Shown here: one piece after another, positions 6,292 to 15,642 of the stretch | Position numbering within the stretch: the stretch's first letter is position 1 | Layout: every line of letters begins with the position of its first letter | Virus record (IMG/VR): IMGVR_UViG_3300035034_002090 | Span: 1 to 45,237 of that record | Length of the DNA: 45,237 bases | Strand: one strand, 5' to 3' | Origin: a virus | Taxonomy: Duplodnaviria; Heunggongvirae; Uroviricota; Caudoviricetes | Translations under genes and position numbers: made by a program | The notes under the pieces: model-generated | Told to the model about the DNA's origin: nothing | Databases searched by the model: none | Seen by the model: the letters and a program-made list of their open reading frames with translations, nothing else

Positions 6292-7731
6292 ATGGAAGAG
6301 CTTAAAAAAAATATCCACCAGAAGGTTGAAGAAATTCAAGAGATTCAGTCCGAGTATGAGGCCCTAGTCGATAAGATGAAGGCAGCAGGACCAGCAAAAG
6401 CAAGCCAGATGGCGCAAGAGTTCAGCACGCTGGCTGAATCTCAGCAGAATCTTTCAACTGAAATTGGTGAAATGATTGTCGAGTGGGTTTCACAAAGCGG
6501 CACTTTGAGCTTGTCTCATGGCGACGAAGAAAGCAGCACACAATCGCCAGAAGTCGCAAACATGAAGAAGCCTGCGCGACGGGTCTACACACCTTCCGAC
6601 GATGAACCAAGGGCCAAGAAGCTCGGAACTGTACGGCATCATGCCTCCAGCTCCAACAGGGATCCGGACCAGCAGTGGACGCAGAAAGATTCGAACAGGA
6701 TGATTCATGCCTACTCCGAGGTCTTTCCGGACATCATTGAGAAGCTCGGTGAGCCTGAGAAAGATCTGGGCTCAATGACTCCCATCAGCAACGAACTAAG
6801 GGTCCTTACTCAGGTTGTAGACGGGAGAGAATCGTGGCGCTGGCTTCCCACAGCTGCCCAAAAGGCACTCGTAAGTTACATCGTTGCACGGGGCAGGCGT
6901 CTTCAAGATCAGGCGGATCGTGGAACCCTCAGCCTCATCAACGGACAAGACAAGCTCGACGCCCTGTTTCCGAGGCTTACGGCGTTCACGAAGACCGAGA
7001 TGAGGGAGTTCATTCACGGTCTTGCCCGAGGTCACGATCCGAAGCGAGGCTCGTGGCTCGAAGATGCGCGTTACTGGCTCGAAGAGATCAACCGGCTTCT
7101 CGACAGGGGTGGATCCGAAGAGCAGCAGTTCAACCCGGACATCGCCCTGAACGCGCTCGACGAATTTATGGAGACTCGTCAGCCGAACAGCGGCAAGATC
7201 AAAGAGTACGTCGCTGATATGATCGAGTCGGGTATGCCTGTTGATGACCCCAGATTTCTGAAGCGTCTCGACGAGCATAGAAACATTTTCAGGGGCTCTA
7301 AATTCAAAACCCTTAGAGATGCTTTCAGGGAGCAAGAAAAGACCGAAGAAGAGGTGGAGACGCAGTCCCTGATGACGCACTGGCCCTACCTGTCGGAGAC
7401 CCTCGGCAAGCGCGCCTTCATGACTGGAGGCGAGCCCCGGGAGGATGCCCGACGAAACATCGAGGACGCGTTCGGATTCGACAGTCTGGACTGGTGCCCG
7501 TCTGACCAGCACAGGAAGATGAAGTCCTACGCTAAAAGGATCATTGGTGAGAACTATGACATCGCCATCCTGCTGACCAGCCTCATGGGCCACGATACCA
7601 ATGTCATCAGAGACGCGTGCAAGCGTGTCGGTATCCCGTGCGTCTTTGTCGCGCAGGGGTATGGGCCGTCTCGTATCGCGCATTCGATCGAGAAGAACTT
7701 CGCTCACGCGGAGGCAGCTGTAGCAGGTTAA
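6292..7731 (+). CDS. Coiled-coil protein with C-terminal DUF2325-like domain
   Basis: N-terminal heptad-like helix; C-terminus AFMTGG...DIAILLTSLMGH...DACKRVGIPCVFV resembles DUF2325. Confidence 0.75.
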   Translation: MEELKKNIHQKVEEIQEIQSEYEALVDKMKAAGPAKASQMAQEFSTLAESQQNLSTEIGEMIVEWVSQSGTLSLSHGDEESSTQSPEVANMKKPARRVYTPSDDEPRAKKLGTVRHHASSSNRDPDQQWTQKDSNRMIHAYSEVFPDIIEKLGEPEKDLGSMTPISNELRVLTQVVDGRESWRWLPTAAQKALVSYIVARGRRLQDQADRGTLSLINGQDKLDALFPRLTAFTKTEMREFIHGLARGHDPKRGSWLEDARYWLEEINRLLDRGGSEEQQFNPDIALNALDEFMETRQPNSGKIKEYVADMIESGMPVDDPRFLKRLDEHRNIFRGSKFKTLRDAFREQEKTEEEVETQSLMTHWPYLSETLGKRAFMTGGEPREDARRNIEDAFGFDSLDWCPSDQHRKMKSYAKRIIGENYDIAILLTSLMGHDTNVIRDACKRVGIPCVFVAQGYGPSRIAHSIEKNFAHAEAAVAG

Positions 7732-7785
7732 CCCAAATGCACCCTCTGGATTTTCTGGCGGGTGCCCAATCTACCGGAGGACGGC

Positions 7786-7983
7786 ATGAATGAAGATGAG
7801 CTATGTATGGGTAGTGGCCGAACTTTGGCCATGACTCAGGCGGACGTTGAACGTCACAAGAAGGGCGTCAAGCTAAAGTGCCCGGTTTGCGGCCGACGAC
7901 TAACCCCGACGCTTATGAGGGATCCAAGCGGCAACTACGAAGGCGAGCTGCCGGATCACAAAGCCAAGGAGGCTGCATCATGA
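7786..7983 (+). CDS. Small zinc-ribbon protein
   Basis: GGAGG SD; CMGSG...CPVCGRR...H. Confidence 0.7.
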   Translation: MNEDELCMGSGRTLAMTQADVERHKKGVKLKCPVCGRRLTPTLMRDPSGNYEGELPDHKAKEAAS

Positions 7984-8357
7984 AAAAAGTTATTGGCTAT
8001 ACACGCATACCGCCGGGAGGCGATGAAGCCCTTCTCCAAAAGCAGGCTAGCGACATCGAGTTATTCTGCAAGAATTGGGATTTCAAGCTTCTTCGCATTG
8101 AAAGTGACATCGCCGAGGGTGTCGGCAAAACAGGGGGCCGACCTGAAGGCATGAGAGCGGTCCTAGAATCGATCGCCAGAAACGAGGTCATGCATCTCGT
8201 CATCGCCGACCTCGTGTGTATTTCAGATTCATTTGAGGGCGCGCTGGACTTCAGGGACCGTAACTTTGGATACGGCCCACGAGGAATCTGGGTGGTTAAC
8301 TCACACGGAAACCTCCCATGGGCGTTTCAAGGAAAGGAGGGATTTGCCGATGTCTGA
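7980..8357 (+). CDS. Resolvase-like catalytic-domain paralogue lacking the nucleophile serine
   Basis: KKVIGYTRIPP (cf. YARVST), LLRIESDIAEG..GRPEG, HLVIADLVCISD (cf. TKLDRLTR); AAGGAGG SD; ATGA overlap. Confidence 0.7.
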   Translation: MKKVIGYTRIPPGGDEALLQKQASDIELFCKNWDFKLLRIESDIAEGVGKTGGRPEGMRAVLESIARNEVMHLVIADLVCISDSFEGALDFRDRNFGYGPRGIWVVNSHGNLPWAFQGKEGFADV

Positions 8358-9063
8358 AAAAGCAATTGGATACGCACGCGTTTCGACTGAAGAGCAATCT
8401 TCTGAAGGCGTCAGCTTGGAAATGCAGGCTGAAAAAATCTCTAGCTACTGTGGCCTGTACGATCTCGAACTTATTCGCATCGAAGAGGATGCAGGCATCT
8501 CAGGTAAGAGCACGAGAAAGCGCAAGGGCCTTAAGAAGGCCATGGATGCCATCAAGGCAGGTGAGGCGACCCATCTAGTTGTCACCAAGCTCGATCGCCT
8601 CACTCGATCGCTCATGGACTTCAACAGAATGCTCGAAGAGTATTTCTCGGACAAGTACACACTTCACTCCGTGGCAGACAGGCTCGACACCAAGTCCGCA
8701 AACGGAAGGCTTGTCGTCAACATTTTGATGAGTGTCTGCCAATGGGAGCGCGAGGTCATCTCAGAGCGCACACGCGAAGCGCTTCAGCACAAGATCTCCA
8801 AAATGGAATACGTTGGAGGCAATGTCCCTTATGGCTATGTCCTGTCAGACGACGGTGTAATGCTGGAACCGATCCCTGAAGAACAATACACCGTTGACTA
8901 TATCTACGAGTTGAGAGAAGATCTCGACATGAGCTATCGGGCCATTGCCGATCAGCTCAAATCCGAAGGTATCTATGATCGAACGGGCGACCCCTTTGGT
9001 CATAACCAGATACGGCGGATTGTGGTGAGCAGTTATCACAAGCAGTACCGCCAAGCTTCGTGA
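8350..9063 (+). CDS. Serine recombinase (resolvase family, short recombinase/HTH C-terminus)
   Basis: AIGYARVSTEEQ, DAGISGK, KLDRLTRS, WEREVISERTREAL, GGNVPYGY; AAGGAGG SD. Confidence 0.93.
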   Translation: MSEKAIGYARVSTEEQSSEGVSLEMQAEKISSYCGLYDLELIRIEEDAGISGKSTRKRKGLKKAMDAIKAGEATHLVVTKLDRLTRSLMDFNRMLEEYFSDKYTLHSVADRLDTKSANGRLVVNILMSVCQWEREVISERTREALQHKISKMEYVGGNVPYGYVLSDDGVMLEPIPEEQYTVDYIYELREDLDMSYRAIADQLKSEGIYDRTGDPFGHNQIRRIVVSSYHKQYRQAS

Positions 9064-9127
9064 CGCCAGTTTTGTGATCGGCTCGATGTCCTATCGGCCG
9101 CTCTCCGAACCTCCCTGCGTCACGAAA

Positions 9128-9166
9128 GGGTGAAGGAGTTGGTATGCCTCACTGACTCCTTCACCC
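9128..9166. terminator. 16-bp hairpin between convergent genes (bidirectional terminator or recombination site)
   Basis: GGGTGAAGGAGTTGGT / ACTGACTCCTTCACCC. Confidence 0.6.
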
Positions 9167-9179
9167 ACTTTACCCCCCT

Positions 9180-9887
9180 TCAATTAGATTCGCTCATCTC
9201 TTCTAATACGATGCCTTGTACGTCTTTGAATAACGGGTCCTCTAAAATCCCCCCACTCTCAATTCGTAAGCGCTCCTTCTCAAGGCGACGTCTCACAAGC
9301 CCCTTGAATGGCCACATAAAAAGGTAGTCGGGGCCGGTAAATTTTCGCTCGACAAACCTCATGTAGGCCCAATCAATGCTCCCGCGTCTCCAGTATCTTG
9401 CAGCCATCGACATCGTGTATCCACGAAACTCAGCCCAAGCCCGGACGGGGGATGGAAGAGGAAGCAAAAACAGAAGTGCCAGAAGACACCATAACATCGG
9501 CAGATACCAGAACGCTCCAAGCGCCCCTAGCGCAATCATAGCGAAGATCTGCGGTACGATGTACCCGAGGTCAAAAAGATGGAATGGGATTCTGTCTCGG
9601 TCCCGCATATGAACTAACTCGTGCGCCAGTATCACCCAAGCTGATGACGACTCGATGTATGCGCGTGTTGGAAACCAGATCGTCTTTCCAATGACCGATG
9701 TGTAAGTCGTAAGGTATCGGTGCACGCGGTCGCCGTTTTCATCATCGCTCCAGAGCCAGAACGCAAGCCGCTCTCCAACGAACCTATGAAACTTTGACTC
9801 TTCTTTGAACTTGATCTCCATGTCCGGAAATCTGCGTCGGCCCAAGCTTAAAACCCTCGTGTAAATTCTGTCGTCTACGCTACTCAT
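9180..9887 (-). CDS. Membrane-associated HEXXH zinc metallopeptidase-like protein
   Basis: ILAHELVH, hydrophobic hairpin, then AWAEFRGY. Confidence 0.75.
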   Translation of the reverse strand: MSSVDDRIYTRVLSLGRRRFPDMEIKFKEESKFHRFVGERLAFWLWSDDENGDRVHRYLTTYTSVIGKTIWFPTRAYIESSSAWVILAHELVHMRDRDRIPFHLFDLGYIVPQIFAMIALGALGAFWYLPMLWCLLALLFLLPLPSPVRAWAEFRGYTMSMAARYWRRGSIDWAYMRFVERKFTGPDYLFMWPFKGLVRRRLEKERLRIESGGILEDPLFKDVQGIVLEEMSESN

Positions 9888-9969
9888 AGTGTGCCCCCTT
9901 AAGGCTTTATAGGGTGCTATTTACCCATTGTTTTCAGTTGGATTCACCCTTTAGGTGGAAATAGCTCTC

Positions 9970-9998
9970 TTGACACGTGCCTTTCTATATGTTAGATT
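9970..9998 (+). promoter_or_regulatory. Sigma70 promoter with extended -10
   Basis: TTGACA-17 nt-TAGATT with TGn immediately upstream of the -10. Confidence 0.7.
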
Positions 9999-10066
9999 GA
10001 TCTAGCGTGAGGATGTGCCTTGCGCGGATTGAGGCAATTAACACAGAACCTAAAGGGAGGTTCACG

Positions 10067-11512
10067 ATGGAATGGTTTCACGTAGACAAGGAAGGTCTGA
10101 GGAAAGTTCTAGAGCGAAGAGGCAAAGAGTTCGTCGCTCTTGAGCTTGTTCAAAACGCGTGGGATGAGGACGTCCAGCGCGTAGACGTCACCCTGTCGTC
10201 CATTGAGGGGCGACGAGGACGAGCTGAGCTGGTAGTCCGAGACGATGACCCGGATGGGTTTGTTGAACTCTCTCATGCTTGGACGCTCTTCGCTGAGAGC
10301 GAGAAGAAATCCGACCCCGAGAAACGAGGTCGGTTCAATCTCGGAGAGAAGCTTGTCTTGGCACTTTGCGAAAAAGCCGAAATAACAACCACCACGGGTC
10401 GGGTCATCTTCAGCGAGAAAGGTCGGACCCACGGACGTAAGCGCACAGACGAAGGGTCGGTGTTCGAGGGTGTCGTCTTGATGACGAAGCCCGAAGTCGA
10501 GAAGACCGTCGAAGCTCTACGGACCCTTCTTCCGCCCGAAGGCATCAGCACGTACATCAATGGCGTCCTGCTCAATCGCCGAGAGCGGCTGTCAGAATTC
10601 GAAGCCACACTGGCCACGGAGATCTCTGGAGACGAGGGCCTTCTCAGGCCCACGCGAAGGAAGACGATCATCGAGGTCTACGAGGTCAACGAAGGGGAAG
10701 AGGCAACCCTTTACGAGATGGGCATTCCCGTTGTTCCGACCGGAGATCGGTGGCACATCAACATCTTGCAGAAGGTCCCTCTCAATATGGACCGGGACAA
10801 CGTAACGCCCAGCTACCTTCAGAATGTTCGGGCGCTCGTTGTTAACGAGATGGCCGACAACCTCAGCGATGAGGACTCGGCAGAGGGCTGGGTCACCGAC
10901 GCTATCAGTCATCGCGACGCAAGCCCTGACGCCGTCAAGAGGGTTATCGAAAAGCGCTTCGGAAAGAAGACCGTTATCTTCGACCCGAGTGACCCGGAAT
11001 CCAACAAGCGCGCTGCATCTGAGGGATACGCAGTCGTCCACGGCGGCACGCTCCCCGGGAAAGCTTGGGAGAACATCAAGAAGCACAACATCATCCGACC
11101 GGCGAGCAAGGTCACACCGTCGTCCTCTCCTTACAGTGACGACCCGAACGCAAAGCCTGTGAAGGTCTACGATAAGGACGAATGGACAGACGGTATGCGA
11201 CGGGTTCACGACTACACTGAGCGTGTGGTCAAGGCCGCGCTCGGTTTCACCATCGACATCAGGTTCGTGCTCGGCCCAATCCACTGGAGCGCCTGCTTCG
11301 GCGGACGTCGATTGGACTACAACGTGCGATCGCTCGGCAAGGCTTGGTTCAAGAAGGTCTCACGAGAGAAACTCGATGATCTCATCATACACGAGCTGGG
11401 CCACCACTACTGTGGGGACCATCTGTCCAGCGAATACTACAAGGCACTGACTAGAATCGGCTCCAAATTCATTACGGCAGCACTCGAAGACCCTGAGCTT
11501 TTTGAACTGTAA
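10067..11512 (+). CDS. GHKL (HSP90/MORC-like) ATPase fused to C-terminal HEXXH domain
   Basis: ELVQNAWD (N box), VRDDDPDGF, RGRFNLGEK, EGSVF; C-terminal IIHELGHH...HLS; AGGGAGG SD. Confidence 0.85.
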   Translation: MEWFHVDKEGLRKVLERRGKEFVALELVQNAWDEDVQRVDVTLSSIEGRRGRAELVVRDDDPDGFVELSHAWTLFAESEKKSDPEKRGRFNLGEKLVLALCEKAEITTTTGRVIFSEKGRTHGRKRTDEGSVFEGVVLMTKPEVEKTVEALRTLLPPEGISTYINGVLLNRRERLSEFEATLATEISGDEGLLRPTRRKTIIEVYEVNEGEEATLYEMGIPVVPTGDRWHINILQKVPLNMDRDNVTPSYLQNVRALVVNEMADNLSDEDSAEGWVTDAISHRDASPDAVKRVIEKRFGKKTVIFDPSDPESNKRAASEGYAVVHGGTLPGKAWENIKKHNIIRPASKVTPSSSPYSDDPNAKPVKVYDKDEWTDGMRRVHDYTERVVKAALGFTIDIRFVLGPIHWSACFGGRRLDYNVRSLGKAWFKKVSREKLDDLIIHELGHHYCGDHLSSEYYKALTRIGSKFITAALEDPELFEL

Positions 11513-11521
11513 CCTACCGAT

Positions 11522-11553
11522 CAAACGAGGGCGCTACCTCGCGCCCTCGTTTG
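11522..11553. terminator. Perfect 13-bp hairpin
   Basis: CAAACGAGGGCGC-tacctc-GCGCCCTCGTTTG; no long U tract. Confidence 0.55.
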
Positions 11554-11566
11554 CCAAGGAGATCCC

Positions 11567-11956
11567 ATGATCCTTCAACTCCAGCCATCCAATTTCATCA
11601 ACAGATCAAACGGCTTTCAGGCCGGAACGCCAAACCCGTTCTATGTTCAGCTAAGAGACCTGAGAAAAAGCACCGAATTCACATGCTACTTCACGAGGGT
11701 TCAAGTCGAGACTGATCAGGGTGTAAAAGTGCTGGTAGACCGAGGTCACGACCTCGACTCAGATGCCGTATTTGTCATGGATGACACCATGGAGACAATG
11801 CGTCTGGACTATGGCCCTATCACCAAGGAGGACGCTTGGCACCTCAAGTCGATGCTTCCATTGCTTGATGGCCTTGGCATTAAGCTTGAGATTGATGGTG
11901 TTTCTATCCTTCGGCTCGACCTTGACCTCGGCCAGAAACCGAGGGGTGACATCTAA
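11567..11956 (+). CDS. Hypothetical protein (129 aa)
   Basis: AAGGAG SD. Confidence 0.75.
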   Translation: MILQLQPSNFINRSNGFQAGTPNPFYVQLRDLRKSTEFTCYFTRVQVETDQGVKVLVDRGHDLDSDAVFVMDDTMETMRLDYGPITKEDAWHLKSMLPLLDGLGIKLEIDGVSILRLDLDLGQKPRGDI

Positions 11957-12116
11957 GTTAACGTAGTATAAGGTTCCACAGAATTTCGACTAGGCATCGA
12001 ACATTCATTTAGGCGCGCCTCTAGGAAGGAGGCCAAGGAAGCGAAACTAGATCCTGTTCAGTTTTCAACGAGCTGTCGCTGAGCGTGCTAACATACCCTA
12101 TGCCGACGAGGATTAA

Positions 12117-12755
12117 ATGAAATCCAACCCAAGCACAGAACCCTTGCCGGGGGTCCAGATCAAAGCGATCCGGGAATCTATGGGGCGCTCTCAGGTCGAC
12201 TTCGGCCTGCTGCTCGATGCTCATGTCCAGACGATACATCGCTGGGAGCATGAGAAGATGGGTGGAAGTAAGGACCAACCCGTGAGTGGACTCACCGCGC
12301 TGGTCCTCAGAAATCTCAGCGTGATGATTGCGCTGGATTCCAATGAAGAAGATCGGGCAAAGCTGTTTAGTGACATGCCTCCCGAGGAAGTAGAGAAAAG
12401 GCGTAAGGGTCACGGGCTTTCACAGGCCGCGCTGGCCACTCTGTTTGGATTGAGCGGACCCTCAGTTGTATCCAGATGGGAGACCGGCAAAACCGCCTGT
12501 ACTGGACTCTCTGCCTACGCCATGCGACATCTCGACTTCTTTATGACGTCATATAACGCACCCGAAGACCGTCGCGCCCCGGACGAACCAAAAGCTAGTA
12601 AGACGCAAGTCATCGAGGCCCTTGAAGAAAGCGAGTCTCTCGACGAAGCAGCCCTGAGATTAGATGTGCACCGGCGCACGCTCAACCGCTATCTCAATAG
12701 GTACGCCATCAACAAAAAAGAACTGCTCGAAGAGCAAACAAGGACGCAACCATGA
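12117..12755 (+). CDS. Transcriptional regulator: two XRE/Cro HTH domains plus a Fis-like HTH
   Basis: IRESMGRSQVDFGLLL...TIHRWE; GLSQAALATLFG...VVSRWETG; EAALRLDVHRRTLNRYL. Confidence 0.85.
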   Translation: MKSNPSTEPLPGVQIKAIRESMGRSQVDFGLLLDAHVQTIHRWEHEKMGGSKDQPVSGLTALVLRNLSVMIALDSNEEDRAKLFSDMPPEEVEKRRKGHGLSQAALATLFGLSGPSVVSRWETGKTACTGLSAYAMRHLDFFMTSYNAPEDRRAPDEPKASKTQVIEALEESESLDEAALRLDVHRRTLNRYLNRYAINKKELLEEQTRTQP

Positions 12756-13522
12756 GTCAAGACGACCAAACGAGCATCACACCTGCCGCACTACTTGCCG
12801 CCAGTAGGTTCTTGGGGTCGGGCGATGAGACAGACGCCCAAAACATGATAGCAGCGATGACACCCGGCGGTATCGAGCGTCAAGAGGCAGAAGGTCAGGC
12901 GCAATTCGTATCAAACGAACAGCTCCCACTGGAGATCTCAGGAGGGAGGGAGTTCCCGAGCTGCCGTGCCAAAGGGTGCTTCGTCGGATTCATGCGCGAT
13001 GACAACTACGAATTCCTCGAAGACGAAAAAGGTAATCGTATCCCGTGCGAGAACTGCAAAGGGACTCAAACCACGCCCGAGACGTGGGCATACCTCGAAA
13101 GCCTCGGGTTTGAGTTCGGAAAGCAGATCGATGACCTGTTCATTCAGGCGAAGCTCCCTGTAGGATGGACCAAAGAGCGTAGCAGCCACAGCATGTGGTC
13201 CTACATTCACGATGAGAAGGGTCGCGAGAGGATGGCTGTCTTCTACAAAGCAGCATTCTATGACCGCAGATCCCAAGCCAGCATCTCTAAGAGATTCGGC
13301 GTGAAATCTGACTTCGAAGCAGAAGAGGAAAGGGGCGTGTTCCTTCACCACGTCACCGACAAGTGCATCGACGGCTACGCCTTCAGCTCGGAACCCGTTG
13401 AAATCACGGACGACAAACAGTATCACGAACTCAATGACGAGTCGTCTGAACAGTGTTACAAATGGCTCAAAGAAAACTACCCCAACTATGAAAATCCCTC
13501 TGCTTATTGGGATGAGGACTGA
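12752..13522 (+). CDS. Hypothetical phage protein with DnaJ-like Cys insertion
   Basis: ATGA overlap; GGIERQEAEGQ, CRAKG...CENCKG, FYKAAFYDR. Confidence 0.8.
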   Translation: MSQDDQTSITPAALLAASRFLGSGDETDAQNMIAAMTPGGIERQEAEGQAQFVSNEQLPLEISGGREFPSCRAKGCFVGFMRDDNYEFLEDEKGNRIPCENCKGTQTTPETWAYLESLGFEFGKQIDDLFIQAKLPVGWTKERSSHSMWSYIHDEKGRERMAVFYKAAFYDRRSQASISKRFGVKSDFEAEEERGVFLHHVTDKCIDGYAFSSEPVEITDDKQYHELNDESSEQCYKWLKENYPNYENPSAYWDED

Positions 13523-13523
13523 T

Positions 13524-13646
13524 ATGCATTTTTGCCCCCAAGAGATGATGGTCATCATGGCCGCCTTTGATCCCGCCATGGCCATATTTGTGAACGTTGC
13601 ATGTCGCCGGTTCTTTGGGCAGGTCACCTCACTCATAAAGGGATAG
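13524..13646 (+). CDS. Possible 40 aa hydrophobic peptide
   Basis: GAGG SD; starts just after the previous stop. Confidence 0.35.
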   Translation: MHFCPQEMMVIMAAFDPAMAIFVNVACRRFFGQVTSLIKG

Positions 13647-13707
13647 ACATCCCTGCACGCTTCGTGTATGAACCCTTCCTTTATCAACAGCTCACAAAGA
13701 GGGAGCC

Positions 13708-13926
13708 ATGAAGGACGCTCGAAGCGTGCAGCCCATAACCACCTGCCGGACCCTTCCGGACCTCGAAAGGGCGCACAACAACAACCTGATCAACGCCGAT
13801 GAGTACAGCACTCTGTTCCGGAGAGTCCGGGGCACGGCCTCTCCGCTGGAGCTGAAGATCTACACAGATCGCATCGAAGAGTACCGTCTTGGCAGATTCT
13901 ACGAAACCCATCCCCGCCCACTATAG
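13708..13926 (+). CDS. Hypothetical protein (72 aa)
   Basis: AGAGGGAG SD. Confidence 0.6.
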   Translation: MKDARSVQPITTCRTLPDLERAHNNNLINADEYSTLFRRVRGTASPLELKIYTDRIEEYRLGRFYETHPRPL

Positions 13927-14100
13927 GCGCTGCTTCCGCACATATATCGCGCTACCCACCCGGGCAAAACTCTTAGCCCTAAAAAACTGTAAATTCCTCT
14001 TGATGGCCTAGTTTCACTGGTGTAATGTCGGCCTTCCCAACCGGGGACAACCTAGAAACGGGCACTGCCCTTAGCATTACTAGTCCAAGGAAGGTCTACC

Positions 14101-14577
14101 ATGCAGTCTGCTGTTAGCGAGACTTTTTTTGCTCGCGTCACCAAGATCATCGATCACCCACGCCTCGCACTGATCCATCCCTTCGATAGGAAGACGCCGT
14201 TCGCGCTCAAGATCCATTCGAGCGACCTTTACGCCGAACACCTCAAAAACCTCAAGGAGCGCCGAGTTCTCCGAGTGATACGAGAGGGCCTCGACGTAGC
14301 GGCGTCACCCTCAGGTTCACTCGGCTCATTTCAGATCCGATGCTGCCACACGTGTTGGTCGAGCGAGTCGGGCTGCGATACCTGTAGAGGTCACGGTCGT
14401 ATCTTCGTCTCAACTTCGACGGGATGCATCTGTTGCGGAGGGACCGGAATTAAGCTTGACGAGACCTTGAGCCCCTGCCAATGTTCCACGGTGCTCGGGC
14501 CTGCGGAGGCAAGCGAAAAAATGATAGGCAGTCACATTCCGCATTCGCCCGATAGAAGACAGACCTACATCACCTGA
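14101..14577 (+). CDS. Cys-rich protein with CxxCxGxG zinc-finger repeats
   Basis: CHTC, CDTCRGHG, CICCGGTG. Confidence 0.7.
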   Translation: MQSAVSETFFARVTKIIDHPRLALIHPFDRKTPFALKIHSSDLYAEHLKNLKERRVLRVIREGLDVAASPSGSLGSFQIRCCHTCWSSESGCDTCRGHGRIFVSTSTGCICCGGTGIKLDETLSPCQCSTVLGPAEASEKMIGSHIPHSPDRRQTYIT

Positions 14578-14593
14578 CAAAAGGAATAAGGAA

Positions 14594-14983
14594 ATGACCG
14601 CTAGTCCCGTCACGCAAGACAACGAATCCGAAGTTCAAAGCCCAGAGGGTCGCAACGCTGATAACGATGTGATCGAAGATATGGAGGATTCGGTCGCTCG
14701 GCTCTTCAAAAAGTTCCTCTGGAATCTCGTTCCGGATGAGTTCTACCAAGAGGGCTCGAATCGGCCGGTATCCGAGGTCAGGGACATCTACTACACCGCC
14801 ATCGACCAATCCACGTCAAGGCTGGTCAAGGAGTTTCTTAGCGAGTCTGAAGAGCTTATCACTAAGCTCCAACAGGCAGATCGCATGACCGATCTTAAAA
14901 AGCGACTCGACGCAGCATTTCAGGATGGGGACCTCGACACCCTCGAAGAAATCGCCAGCGTTCTCGAAGGCAAAGCGGAATAA
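14594..14983 (+). CDS. Hypothetical protein (129 aa)
   Basis: AAGGA SD; helical acidic ORF. Confidence 0.8.
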   Translation: MTASPVTQDNESEVQSPEGRNADNDVIEDMEDSVARLFKKFLWNLVPDEFYQEGSNRPVSEVRDIYYTAIDQSTSRLVKEFLSESEELITKLQQADRMTDLKKRLDAAFQDGDLDTLEEIASVLEGKAE

Positions 14984-15006
14984 CCCCACGTGGGGATCTT
15001 AATCAG

Positions 15007-15038
15007 AAGCGCCTCAGATTCCTCTGGGGCGCTTTTTT
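15007..15038 (+). terminator. Intrinsic terminator
   Basis: AAGCGCCTCAGA-ttcc-TCTGGGGCGCTT followed by TTTT. Confidence 0.75.
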
Positions 15039-15049
15039 CTGGAGGCACT

Positions 15050-15574
15050 ATGAAGCTATATCACATCGCCGCAATCGGCCGTAACAATGCTATCGGGAAG
15101 GACGGAGAGATTCCTTGGAAGCTCTCGTGCGATCTCATGAGGTTTGCTGAAATAACCAAGCATCACGCCTTGATTATGGGGCGCAAGACCTACGAGGGTC
15201 TAGGAAAGCCGCTGCCGAATCGAACCAACATCGTACTGACCCGAAATCGAGCTTGGGATGCCGGTAAGCACAAAGGAGCAGCCAACCTTAAGGTTGTGCA
15301 CTCGATTGCACAGGCCATGGATGAAGCTTTTTCCCTCCATGAAGAAGTGTACATCGGTGGTGGTGAGGGATTGTACCGGGACACCCTCGATCAAGTCGAT
15401 TGTTTGCGAATCACCCACGTCAACCAGACGCCCGAAGCCGATACGTTCTACCCCGAAATCGATGCTTCCATTTGGGTGCCGTCGCACGTCATAACGCGCA
15501 GCGGATACGCGTACGTGGACTACGTCAGGCGTGAAACCACTAACCAAGCCCTCCGCCTTTTTCCCGGCAAATAA
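15050..15574 (+). CDS. folA: Dihydrofolate reductase
   Basis: IAAIGRNNAIGKDGEIPW, IMGRKTYE, PLPNRTNIVLTR, YIGGGEGLY, ADTFYP; GGAGG SD. Confidence 0.95.
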   Translation: MKLYHIAAIGRNNAIGKDGEIPWKLSCDLMRFAEITKHHALIMGRKTYEGLGKPLPNRTNIVLTRNRAWDAGKHKGAANLKVVHSIAQAMDEAFSLHEEVYIGGGEGLYRDTLDQVDCLRITHVNQTPEADTFYPEIDASIWVPSHVITRSGYAYVDYVRRETTNQALRLFPGK

Positions 15575-15642
15575 ACCCATCTGTTGAATCGCGGTAAGAT
15601 ATGAGGTAGCGACCATGCTCATGCGCACGACAAGGAGACGCC

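Noticed and set aside
6796-13687. Long antisense ORFs (e.g. 6796-7707, 10592-11284, 12938-13687)
   Set aside because: Shadow frames of well-supported plus-strand genes, with no motifs or SD
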